Made by a program: the position numbers and the translations under genes
Notes under the pieces: generated by a model
The model's input: only the letters and a program-made list of their open reading frames with translations
The model's database searches: none
Told to the model about the DNA's origin: nothing
Shown here: piece after piece, positions 35,737 through 44,877 of the stretch
Layout: each line of letters begins with the position of its first letter
Numbering within the stretch: position 1 is the first letter of the stretch
Virus record (IMG/VR): IMGVR_UViG_2509601026_000001
DNA length: 64,000 nucleotides
Reading direction: 5' to 3' (one strand)
Origin: a virus

Positions 35737-36378
35737 CTAAGTCTTAAAAAGAATGACCAGGGCAAAGGCCGCTAGGAGAAAGAGAAGGAATATCAGCAAC
35801 CTTACAATGGTCGTGTCTTGAAAAAAGTCAACCAAAACATGGATGAGATGGACATACCAAATCTCTGAGGTTGCAGCGGGTGCAGGGGCCGAAGCTACCT
35901 GGACAACAGCTTGCTGTTCTTCCTGCGACTCTTTTGGCCGTGAAGGTTCGATCAATGGAACCGTGTCTAACTGATCGTCTTCAGAAGGGTGAAGGGTTAT
36001 GTCAATTTGATAGGTAAAGATGATTTGAGTTTTTTCGTCTCTTCTACCGAAATAAGCGATCGAGTCTTCAATGATGGGATACCAAGAGCCAGGCTTCAAT
36101 ATTTTTTTGTTGAAGGCTGTTTTTGATTGTCGTCCCATGTGTTTGATTTCCCAAACTAAATCCTCTTCGTTGTAACGAAGGAGGGCGTGTAGCTTGGAGA
36201 CGTAGGGATCTCGAATCTGGATGTGAGTCTGTCGTTTGTCCAAATCAGTAGGCAGCGCCCTGCCTATGGTCCAGACGCGATCAACAGGATAATTGCGTGA
36301 GTCCAAAATTCGTTCTGCGTAAGCAGCACCGATACGGATCAAAATCCGTTCGTTATATTCGTTAGATTGGTTTTCCAC
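35737..36378 (-). CDS. FHA-domain protein with C-terminal TM helix
   Basis: TIGRA...IRDPYVSKLHA...SKT FHA motifs; hydrophobic C-terminus. Confidence 0.8.
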   Translation of the reverse strand: MENQSNEYNERILIRIGAAYAERILDSRNYPVDRVWTIGRALPTDLDKRQTHIQIRDPYVSKLHALLRYNEEDLVWEIKHMGRQSKTAFNKKILKPGSWYPIIEDSIAYFGRRDEKTQIIFTYQIDITLHPSEDDQLDTVPLIEPSRPKESQEEQQAVVQVASAPAPAATSEIWYVHLIHVLVDFFQDTTIVRLLIFLLFLLAAFALVILFKT

Positions 36379-36423
36379 TGGGACAACAAATAAAAGAATT
36401 TTACCTATAGATTCGAGGGTTGA

Positions 36424-36501
36424 GGCAATTTGGGGGTGAGAGGAGAGAAGGGATCTCGATATCTCTTGCCGTGGGCAAAAAGGGGTATTTTTTTATGATC
36501 C
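36424..36501. repeat. 78-bp perfect inverted repeat, right copy
   Basis: reverse complement of 31848-31925; contains TATGAT at 36494-36499. Confidence 0.95.
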
Positions 36502-36616
36502 GTTGGATAAACTAGGTTGTAGAAGTTTTGTAGGGTATCAGCATGGAGAAACGCTACGCTGGAATGAAGCTTCTAGAGCTGATGAAGCGCCTAGAGCTAG
36601 CAAAAATTCTTAACCT

Positions 36617-38017
36617 ATGATCAACGGTTTAGGGGGTGGGGCATCCGATCTTTGGGGTAAAGCTCAGAAGGTAGGGGCCGATGTATGGAACGTAGCGCAA
36701 CAGAACTTTGGTAGGTCTGTTGTGCAAGAAGCTCTTGACCAATCAAGGCGACCAGTTATAACAGATCCGCTCAAAATTAAGCGTGAGGAAGCGGCAAAGT
36801 TACAACGGTATGCAGATGGGTTAAAGGGGACTCCGGGACATGCAGAGGCCTTAGAGAGAGCCAGCAGAGCAAGCCAGGAATTTCAGGCGGAACGGGCCAA
36901 AAACATTGCTGGCAAAACACTGGCTGATTACCTGTCAGATGCAAGTCGGTCCAAGTGGTGGTTGCTGAATGCGGCCCAGGCTGTCTCCGGCCTGGCTGGC
37001 CAGAAGATTATGAAGTCGGAAGGGTACGGCATGGGTGGGGCTTTGCTCGGCGGTGCTGCGCTGACCGGCCTCATGGAGGTGGCCACCGGGAACATTGACT
37101 TTACCAACTTGGATGAAGCGGGCAGACCCAAGGGGTACTCAACGCTATTTCCAAAGGAAATCGAGCAGGTTAACCCTGCCACCGGAGAAACGGAAATTTA
37201 CGTTGACCGGACCAAAAGCGCTAACCCAGTTGCAGAGCTGGCGGCTCGATACTTCCTGAACCGAACCGGGAACGTGCTGCCAGAGGATCAGTTCCTCCAG
37301 GAACGACCGGACGTAACCCCGGAGGAATATGCTCGATTCAAGGCCGCAAAGCGAGACAGACAATTTTTTGGGGTTGAGGATTTACCGATCAGCGTCAGTG
37401 CTCCCATCGGTGCAATTGCGGGTGGGCTGATCGATGGCAAGCTGACCAAGCCTAGCCTGCGGGGGATGGTGGCAGGGGCGGTGCTCGGGCCGATTGCAAA
37501 ACAAATAGCGATTGACGTTCCAACCGAGCTGGGGGTAATCCACGGGACCACAGAGACTCCTAACGACCCAATAGGCGAGGTTGAGTTTTTGGGGTATCGG
37601 GTTCCACTTAAAGCTGTTGTCGCTACTGCTGTTGGGGCAGCTGGCCTGAAGTATGGCGGGCGATACCTGAAAAACCAGGGAGCCAAGGTAGGTCAGATCA
37701 ACCTGAATCTTGATGATGCTGTAGGGGGAGTAAAGCCGGGGCATAGATACTCTGTCGATGAAGTGATCGCCCAGGGTGGAGGAACTTACCGGGAACCGCC
37801 GCCCAGCTCTGGCTATCAAAATCAGGTCGATAATTCAGCAGTTCAGTACGGCTTAGACCTAGATGGCACAGGCCGAACACCTGAAGAATTTGTCCGGTTT
37901 GCTTCTGGCATTCCTCCAGAAAAAAGCGGTGCACTAAACTATGAAAACTTCCGCATTGAACAAGAGCGCAAAGAAATAGAGCGGATAAATTCAGTAATCG
38001 AAAGACTTTACGGATGA
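36617..38017 (+). CDS. putative virion/internal protein
   Basis: 466 aa with glycine-zipper segments; first gene of plus-strand arm. Confidence 0.65.
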   Translation: MINGLGGGASDLWGKAQKVGADVWNVAQQNFGRSVVQEALDQSRRPVITDPLKIKREEAAKLQRYADGLKGTPGHAEALERASRASQEFQAERAKNIAGKTLADYLSDASRSKWWLLNAAQAVSGLAGQKIMKSEGYGMGGALLGGAALTGLMEVATGNIDFTNLDEAGRPKGYSTLFPKEIEQVNPATGETEIYVDRTKSANPVAELAARYFLNRTGNVLPEDQFLQERPDVTPEEYARFKAAKRDRQFFGVEDLPISVSAPIGAIAGGLIDGKLTKPSLRGMVAGAVLGPIAKQIAIDVPTELGVIHGTTETPNDPIGEVEFLGYRVPLKAVVATAVGAAGLKYGGRYLKNQGAKVGQINLNLDDAVGGVKPGHRYSVDEVIAQGGGTYREPPPSSGYQNQVDNSAVQYGLDLDGTGRTPEEFVRFASGIPPEKSGALNYENFRIEQERKEIERINSVIERLYG

Positions 38018-38024
38018 GGGCAAA

Positions 38025-38936
38025 ATGCAGCTAATTGATCCTATAACCGGAGAGGTTAGGCCTGCCGGAAGTTTTTCTAGTTCAGAATGGCAAAACCTGG
38101 TCAGGGAAAATCCAGATGCCGCTACCTTGATTCTTCAGCTTAGGAGAAAGGAAAAAGATGCGGAAGAGGCTAGGCGGGAAAGCCTCAGAGCTAATGCAAC
38201 CAGCGTCGGAGCATTGGCCGCTGGGGCGTCCTTCCCTGCCATTAATGCCGCCATGCCAAACCTAGGTAATGCGTTTGCCAAGGAGTGGATTGTTAGGGGC
38301 CATGCTGTCCCAGGCAGTGTGATTTACGAGGGGCCTAGGGTTGGCATCTCCGTGAGCGATCGCCCAGAAAACTACGGGCAAACTGTTTTTACGGTCGATG
38401 GTTCTACCGAACGACCATATAATCCCAGATTTTCGGAAGATGCGTTTATTGGTGCCGACGGAAAGCCGTTGACCGGGGGGGCCGTTGATGCCAGAAGAAA
38501 TAAGTTAATTCGAGATGGAAACTTTGACAAAGACTATCTTCCACCAGAGAGGCCAAGGGAAATTGTTGATGATATAGGAGCTGCTAGAACTAACTGGACC
38601 GGCTACCAGATGTCTCCAGAGGGGGCACGATTGTATATGGCAACGCCGGAAGCGGCAGGCGTTTTTGGTGGCAGCAAGGGGGTCGAAAGGTTGGCCGAGC
38701 TTGGATTTAGTCCAAGCACTTTAGCAGGCAACTCAATCTATACGATGGATGCTCGACCAGGCGCTAGGTTTCTGGGGAGCGGCTATCATTTGGTAGATGA
38801 TCTGGTCATGAAAGCGGCTCAGGGTCAATCCTTAAAACCTGTCAGGTTTGCGGGTGCTTTGATCGGTGCTTTAGGCCTGGGCGGGGCAATTGCTCAAGGA
38901 ATCAACATTTTAGGAGACAGGACAAATGCTGCCTAA
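38025..38936 (+). CDS. putative virion protein
   Basis: 303 aa; C-terminal GALIGALGLGG. Confidence 0.6.
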   Translation: MQLIDPITGEVRPAGSFSSSEWQNLVRENPDAATLILQLRRKEKDAEEARRESLRANATSVGALAAGASFPAINAAMPNLGNAFAKEWIVRGHAVPGSVIYEGPRVGISVSDRPENYGQTVFTVDGSTERPYNPRFSEDAFIGADGKPLTGGAVDARRNKLIRDGNFDKDYLPPERPREIVDDIGAARTNWTGYQMSPEGARLYMATPEAAGVFGGSKGVERLAELGFSPSTLAGNSIYTMDARPGARFLGSGYHLVDDLVMKAAQGQSLKPVRFAGALIGALGLGGAIAQGINILGDRTNAA

Positions 38937-39648
38937 CTATCAGGATTACAGCAACTCGGTAAGAGAAAATTTTCACCCAATGTCGCTGATGAATCCTTTC
39001 TCTGCTGCGAACAATTTGTGGCAGATTCAGGCTGGTGCCAACCAGAATCATCAAGACCGGATGAATAATGCCTATAACTCTCAGAACGCAACTAAAGGGA
39101 TGCAAAGTCAACTTGACAGCATCCTAAAAGGTGTGTCCGAGGGAACGGCTAACTTATCCCAGGCCGAGCAGCTGTTGAATAATGCGGACCAGCTGGGGGT
39201 GAGCTTAGATACCCGTGGGGCAAAAATCGGCGGCAATAGTCGGCAGGCCCAGGCCAATCAATTGCTCAATGCCCATGCCGGTCTGGACACCAACGACTAT
39301 ATGGGGAACGTTAACAGCCTGGTAAATCAACAGGCTGGTCAATCCTCAGCTCTGAGTGATTCTGCACTGCAAGACATGGGCCTACGAAACGAAGGAATGG
39401 ACCCAGGCCTAGCACGGCAGATGGGCCTAACGGCTCAATTGTCGATGCAGAACTCTAAGTTTGAATCTGACCTGGCCTATCAAAATGCTATCCGTAGCAG
39501 GCCGATTAGTCGGGACATTGCTCATCAACAAAACGATGCGCAACTGGCCATGACCCGAGAAAATAATCGGGCAAGCATGGCCAACACCTTGCTTAACTCA
39601 ATGGCTCAGCAAGGTGCAAACTGGGCGAATTTCTACAAGATGGGGTAG
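38926..39648 (+). CDS. Q/N-rich putative ejection/pilot protein
   Basis: composition (Q, N, M, A rich, no Cys) and context. Confidence 0.55.
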   Translation: MLPNYQDYSNSVRENFHPMSLMNPFSAANNLWQIQAGANQNHQDRMNNAYNSQNATKGMQSQLDSILKGVSEGTANLSQAEQLLNNADQLGVSLDTRGAKIGGNSRQAQANQLLNAHAGLDTNDYMGNVNSLVNQQAGQSSALSDSALQDMGLRNEGMDPGLARQMGLTAQLSMQNSKFESDLAYQNAIRSRPISRDIAHQQNDAQLAMTRENNRASMANTLLNSMAQQGANWANFYKMG

Positions 39649-39652
39649 GTAA

Positions 39653-40270
39653 ATGGCTACGTCGACTAGAAGCGTATTTCAGGGTGGGGTAGAGGTAAGC
39701 CGTACCGTCAATGGTGGGCGATCGGCTAATGCTGGCATCTATGGCCAGCGATCAAGCTCTGGCATAGACAATGAGTACAACCTGCGAAACGAGGTTGACC
39801 ATTGGGCTGACCAGCGTATGAACCAAGCCCGGTTAGACAACCGGGCCGACCAGGCCACCATGCGCCGAGACGCCATGAACAATCAGGCGATGGACCGCAA
39901 CGATGCGCGTAGGGCTGCCTATAACGACTACACCATGGGTGTGCAAAGCTTCAACGAAGGAGTACGGCAGAGCCGTGCACAAGAGCGGCAGACGGACTAT
40001 CAAAACCAAACCCAGAGGTTTGCCAATCAGCTCGACTACAACGCCCGAATGAATACTGCTGGAATGCAAAGCTTTGACAATATGCGTGGGCTGATGGCTC
40101 AGCTTGCGATCGCCAAGGGAGAGCAGGGCAATCAAGAGCGGTCTATCTTCGCTGACCTGACCAAGGCCAAGTGGAGCAATGACACTCAGCGTCGAGGCGA
40201 TTTGCTAGGTGCCTACAGTAACCTTTCGTCTAGCTACACCAACCCTACGCAGTACAAATACTGGAGCTAA
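39653..40270 (+). CDS. Q/N/R-rich putative ejection protein
   Basis: composition and context. Confidence 0.55.
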   Translation: MATSTRSVFQGGVEVSRTVNGGRSANAGIYGQRSSSGIDNEYNLRNEVDHWADQRMNQARLDNRADQATMRRDAMNNQAMDRNDARRAAYNDYTMGVQSFNEGVRQSRAQERQTDYQNQTQRFANQLDYNARMNTAGMQSFDNMRGLMAQLAIAKGEQGNQERSIFADLTKAKWSNDTQRRGDLLGAYSNLSSSYTNPTQYKYWS

Positions 40271-40276
40271 CCTGAC

Positions 40277-40747
40277 ATGAGCAGCAGCTTGATTCAAACT
40301 TTCACCCCCAATACCGGGGGTATGGAAGATCTTTACAAAAAGATGCTTGAGCAGTTTGGCTCGGGTGGCACCTCAAGTTACGAGTCGATGATCAAGGCAA
40401 CGAATGAAGGCAACCTGGCCATGCAGCAGGCTGCTAATGCAGGCGACATGGACTACATGAACCAGCAGTTTGCCAACATGCGGCAGATGGCTAAAGAGCA
40501 GGCCGCAGACTGGCTGAACATCAACAGTGATTTGATGGGCAAATCGTCCATGTATCGTTCGCAAGAGTCAGCCCAACAATTTGGCCAGGATCGCCAGCTT
40601 CAGGGCGACCAAATTGCTAAAGAAAAGGAGATGCAGCAAGAGCAATTCGGCCAAGAAAAAAGAATGTTTTTAGAGGATGAACGGGCTAAGATAGACGAAC
40701 AAAACCGCAACTCAAGCCGAGCAGTTAACGCCTACAAAAACTTCTAA
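40277..40747 (+). CDS. Q/M-rich putative ejection protein
   Basis: composition and context. Confidence 0.55.
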   Translation: MSSSLIQTFTPNTGGMEDLYKKMLEQFGSGGTSSYESMIKATNEGNLAMQQAANAGDMDYMNQQFANMRQMAKEQAADWLNINSDLMGKSSMYRSQESAQQFGQDRQLQGDQIAKEKEMQQEQFGQEKRMFLEDERAKIDEQNRNSSRAVNAYKNF

Positions 40748-41403
40748 TGGCAGGAACGCACAAAAGAACTAACGACAACAGGAAGCGTACCGAAAGGTTG
40801 CGCAAGCTTGACGTTGACAAGATTCTTGAGTTACTGCCAGAAGATGTTGAGGCCGAGTTCAAAAGGTATGCTCGATTTAATCAGCATTCCAGGGATTTAC
40901 AGGGCTGGCTGAAGGAAGCACAAGACCAATACGCCAGCCATTTCCCTGAAACATGGAAGCCGTTTGTACCTTCAATTGCAAGTGTCACAAACTGGGTAAG
41001 AAAAAACTATCCAACAGGTGAACAAGCCGTAGTGCTCAATGAGCTTACGTCGGCCTACGTTGGTCTTGATTATGACCAGGTAATTGAATCTTCTCTGGCC
41101 CAATCGGTTACACTTTGCATGACCCTGGTTGAACGACTTCGGCTTGAAGGGGTCAACGAAATTGACCCAGCTGTTGTTTTACAGCAAGTCGCTTCTTTCC
41201 AGAAAACTATCTCAATTCTCTACAAAGACTTGAATAAAGCAAAGCGCATGTCGTCTATGCGTGATGCAGAAATGTCTGGAGCGCAACGGGTCATCGATCT
41301 TCTCCTAAATCAGTTCAAAGATCAGGCTGGAGAATCTGCTATTAAAGAGGCCTGCATTGGGGCCTTGGAGCAAATTGAATCCGAAATATATGGGGCCGTT
41401 TAA
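40747..41403 (+). CDS. putative terminase small subunit (DUF3486 / Mu gp27-like)
   Basis: KILELLPEDV...LQGWL...SIASVTNW; upstream of terL. Confidence 0.55.
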   Translation: MAGTHKRTNDNRKRTERLRKLDVDKILELLPEDVEAEFKRYARFNQHSRDLQGWLKEAQDQYASHFPETWKPFVPSIASVTNWVRKNYPTGEQAVVLNELTSAYVGLDYDQVIESSLAQSVTLCMTLVERLRLEGVNEIDPAVVLQQVASFQKTISILYKDLNKAKRMSSMRDAEMSGAQRVIDLLLNQFKDQAGESAIKEACIGALEQIESEIYGAV

Positions 41404-41710
41404 GTGGCCCTACAAGAGGAAAATTATCTTGAACGACAGAATTAGAGCACTCATAAATGCCGGGAATTGGTACTTTGCAATAGTCTTCGAAAGAGCCGTT
41501 ATTGGCGCAGTTCAGCTAGAAAATGGATGGATCTTTTGCTCTGTAAGGTATTGCGCTGACCCAAAAATGTTTGACTTGGAAACAGGAAAAATGTTGGTTC
41601 GTGACGATATAATTGACCAAATTATTAGTTACGAAGCTTACAAAAGTGGGGATGTATCCGCACCCAAGGAAGCTTGGTATAAACTACCTGTTGTTGAAAT
41701 GAAAGACTAA
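41357..41710 (+). CDS. hypothetical protein
   Basis: between terS-like gene and terL; true start probably downstream of 41357. Confidence 0.55.
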   Translation: MGPWSKLNPKYMGPFKWPYKRKIILNDRIRALINAGNWYFAIVFERAVIGAVQLENGWIFCSVRYCADPKMFDLETGKMLVRDDIIDQIISYEAYKSGDVSAPKEAWYKLPVVEMKD

Positions 41711-43299
41711 TGCCCGTTCGCAGTTGGCGAGTTCATAATTTCAAGGCTCGTCACTATGCTGAACGATCGAAAGGGCTATTTACAAGTCAAGAAGCGCTCG
41801 ACGCAAGAGAAGATCTAGACAAATTCATTGAGTATGTGAGCGGGCACAAGGTCGCTCATTGCCACATGAAACGGTGGTCAGAGGCCTGGGCCACTGGCCG
41901 AGATAATGTGTTGCTCAAGAAAATTGCTGGGCCAAATGAATCGATCCTTGCTCCGCGAGGATCGGCCAAGTCTACTCGGGTAGCGTACTTTTTGGCCTGG
42001 ACCATTGGACACAATCCGGCAATTCCGATCATCTACTTGTCCTACAAGTCAGACATTGCCTGTTCCCGCTCAAGGGTTATTCAGCGAATCATTGAAAGCC
42101 CCAAGTATCAAGAGGTTTTCCCGTGGATACGACCCAACAAAAAGCGATGGAATCAGTCAGAGTGGGAAATTGATAAAGCCTTTGCTGGGGTATCAAATCT
42201 TGAACAAGACTATACCCTGTATGCGGTTGGGATCGACGGGGGTATTGTCTCCAAACGATCGTGGCTCATCGTCGTAGATGATCCGATCAAAAACCGTGAG
42301 TCAATCGAAAATCCAGACATTCGGGAGAAAATTTCTAATAACTGGCGAGATGCAGCCAAACCTACCTTGGTCCCTGGTGGTCGAATGCTGTCAATCGGAA
42401 CCAGATTCAGGCCGGATGATATTCATGCCACCGACTTTAACAAGGAAAACGGTTGGAATATCATCGAGCAGCAGGCCATTATTACCGACGAAGACGGGCA
42501 GGAGTCAAGCTACTGGGAAGAACGGTTTCCCTATCGGTCCCAGATCGTTAATGAATTCGGAGACGAAATCGAGGGTCTTTACGAGATGCGGGAGAAGGAC
42601 CCGGTTTCGTTCTCCTTCCAGTATCAGAACGTGGTCGTTCACTTGTCGAACATTGCCATCAATCCAGATTGGATCGTCTACACCTCGGTCATTCCCAAAG
42701 ACCCGTTCAAGTATGGCCTTGGCCTGGACCTGTCCGGTGCAGCCCGTGAGCGAAACGACTTCACCGCCATGGTCCTCGGCAGCCTAGAGCGCACCATGGA
42801 AGAACGCAGGCGGAAAGTGAGGGATAGGCTAACCATCCTCGAAGCGGTGCGCGGCAGATGGCCAGGAAACCTCGACAAGATCGATAAAATTCTTGAGCTG
42901 TGCGTTGAATGGGGAATCATCTTCGAGACAGATAGCGAAGAGTATCCCTATCAGCCAAATGAAAACAAAGGCCTAACTGTCTTTGCTGAAGCTGTTCAGT
43001 ACCAGGTCAGCTTTCAATATGACTGGAAGCGAATCATTGAAGGAAAGTACAAGTTGTGGAATTTGAGTTGTAAGGGAGTCAAGGTAAAGGGTGACAAAGA
43101 TCTACGATTGAAATCAGTTACGGGTGTTTTTCAGGATGGTCTTATAAAATTTAATGAGTATCGAGACATGAGCCGGTTGGTCACTGAACTAACAAATCAC
43201 GGTGCTACCGACAACGATGATTTAGAAGATGCCTTTGTGCATCTGGTCAGAGGAATGGTTAAGTACAGGCCTATCACTACTGGAGAACAAGAGGAATGA
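41710..43299 (+). CDS. terL: terminase large subunit
   Basis: APRGSAKS, IVVDDPIK, IGTRF..DD, nuclease GLDLS..NDFTA, DDLEDA. Confidence 0.92.
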   Translation: MPVRSWRVHNFKARHYAERSKGLFTSQEALDAREDLDKFIEYVSGHKVAHCHMKRWSEAWATGRDNVLLKKIAGPNESILAPRGSAKSTRVAYFLAWTIGHNPAIPIIYLSYKSDIACSRSRVIQRIIESPKYQEVFPWIRPNKKRWNQSEWEIDKAFAGVSNLEQDYTLYAVGIDGGIVSKRSWLIVVDDPIKNRESIENPDIREKISNNWRDAAKPTLVPGGRMLSIGTRFRPDDIHATDFNKENGWNIIEQQAIITDEDGQESSYWEERFPYRSQIVNEFGDEIEGLYEMREKDPVSFSFQYQNVVVHLSNIAINPDWIVYTSVIPKDPFKYGLGLDLSGAARERNDFTAMVLGSLERTMEERRRKVRDRLTILEAVRGRWPGNLDKIDKILELCVEWGIIFETDSEEYPYQPNENKGLTVFAEAVQYQVSFQYDWKRIIEGKYKLWNLSCKGVKVKGDKDLRLKSVTGVFQDGLIKFNEYRDMSRLVTELTNHGATDNDDLEDAFVHLVRGMVKYRPITTGEQEE

Positions 43300-43661
43300 T
43301 CGGCGGAAAAAGAATGCTCGATGGTTTGTATTCGATCGCTAGCAAGGCCCCACCAGAAGGCATGAGAGGGTTAGGAGGGACAGCACTTGCTGATAAAACA
43401 CTGCTGGCCATGATGGCAGAAGGGCATGTCAAACCAGCCTTTGCTGGCCCAGCACTTGGCAGTGCAGCAAACTTTGCAGGCAGTGCGCTGATGTCTACTC
43501 CTGGCGGGATGGCCATGGGCATAGGGGCCACCCTGGGCGCACAGTCGATTTTGGACGAACTTGCAAAATCTAAGGCTCGTCAGCAAATGGAGGCTACGGC
43601 TCAGCTGAACCCGGCCAACATGGGAGCCACTGGAATGCCCCCTGAGATGATGTTCATGTGA
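43296..43661 (+). CDS. hypothetical protein with glycine zipper
   Basis: overlaps with both neighbouring genes. Confidence 0.6.
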   Translation: MIGGKRMLDGLYSIASKAPPEGMRGLGGTALADKTLLAMMAEGHVKPAFAGPALGSAANFAGSALMSTPGGMAMGIGATLGAQSILDELAKSKARQQMEATAQLNPANMGATGMPPEMMFM

Positions 43662-44167
43662 TGGTCTACGACATTGCGGATTGCCTGAGACAGGTTTTTG
43701 CTGATCTGTGGAAGATGGAATTTTTGGCCTACTCGATTCACTGGAATCTGAAAGATTGCCCGTTCCTGGCCGTTCACCAGTGGACTCAGGGCATCTACGA
43801 ATCCCTTGCCGAATTGAAAGATGAAACGGCTGAAAGGATTCGGCAGCTCGACAGCTATCCACTGGGTAGCTTGAGCGAAATTGCTCAGTGGTCATCGGTC
43901 ATCGACATTCCTCTTCCGTGCGAGAAGGACATAGCGATTCCATTGTTCATCAATAACCTGGAAAAGGTGATTGATATCTGCAATACCTGCGCAAAAATCT
44001 GCCAGGACCAAAACGATTTTGTGTCGTTGGACCTGTTGACCAGGTTGCTCAAGGTCTATCAGAAAAATCGGTGGATGGCAAAAAGTCAAATGAGTCAGGA
44101 GGCTCCGATCAGTGGAACAGCAGGCAGAGATTATCGCCTACAAAGTGACGGACCCGCTACGGTATAA
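43658..44167 (+). CDS. dps: Dps / ferritin-like protein
   Basis: HWNL..CPFLAVHQW..IY.....DETAERIRQL. Confidence 0.85.
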   Translation: MMVYDIADCLRQVFADLWKMEFLAYSIHWNLKDCPFLAVHQWTQGIYESLAELKDETAERIRQLDSYPLGSLSEIAQWSSVIDIPLPCEKDIAIPLFINNLEKVIDICNTCAKICQDQNDFVSLDLLTRLLKVYQKNRWMAKSQMSQEAPISGTAGRDYRLQSDGPATV

Positions 44168-44510
44168 CGAGGCCTGGTATCAGTTCGAGTGGAAGGGGCC
44201 AATAACAAAGCCAGCTATCATGGATCGCATGTTCTATGAGGCTGTTCAGCATCAACTACCTTGGCCTGTTGAGGCGATCCCAATTGGTGAATATCCTTTG
44301 GACCTGCGAGTTAAAATCATTCGGCTCGACACGGGCCTTAATGGTTATGCCTGGAATCGGCTTTTGAACGACGCAGAAAGGCTTAGGCTATTTTCAGAAC
44401 GACTCATAGCAAGGTTCGTGCTGATGGCTCAGGTGTGGGGCCTCGCCTATGTACCTCCATACGAGATGCCAAGAATCTTTCATCTAGGGAAAAAGCGAAA
44501 TGAATCCTGA
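44112..44510 (+). CDS. hypothetical protein
   Basis: ORF in operon. Confidence 0.6.
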   Translation: MEQQAEIIAYKVTDPLRYNEAWYQFEWKGPITKPAIMDRMFYEAVQHQLPWPVEAIPIGEYPLDLRVKIIRLDTGLNGYAWNRLLNDAERLRLFSERLIARFVLMAQVWGLAYVPPYEMPRIFHLGKKRNES

Positions 44511-44877
44511 TTTTCTGAAACGTACCGCAATCGGTTCCCTGATCGCTGGGACAGACTCAGGCTATGACATTTTGATGTATGGCAGAGATGCCGATCCTGA
44601 GACACAGGCCCAGATCAAAAATACAGCCATCCTTGGCGGCATTGGCGGCCTGGGCGGCAACTTTGCTGGGCAAGGCCTGTCCAGCGTTTTTGGCCTTACA
44701 GGTAGTGGGAAGGCCGGGGCAGTTGGCGATATTTTGTCGGCTGGGATGGGCCTCGGCGGATCTATTTTGGGTGGCTTGGTTGGAGGGAAGGTAACTAAAA
44801 AGCAGGCACAAGATCTGGAAAGCCAATTACAATTGATTCCATATCAGCCTGAATTTGACTATGCCCAAATCAATTAA
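44500..44877 (+). CDS. glycine-zipper membrane-like protein
   Basis: GGIGGLGGNFAGQG...GLGGSILGGLVGG. Confidence 0.6.
   Translation: MNPDFLKRTAIGSLIAGTDSGYDILMYGRDADPETQAQIKNTAILGGIGGLGGNFAGQGLSSVFGLTGSGKAGAVGDILSAGMGLGGSILGGLVGGKVTKKQAQDLESQLQLIPYQPEFDYAQIN

Noticed and set aside
31848-36501. IS element or composite transposon defined by the inverted repeats
   Set aside because: No transposase inside and no target-site duplication apparent at the outer flanks.
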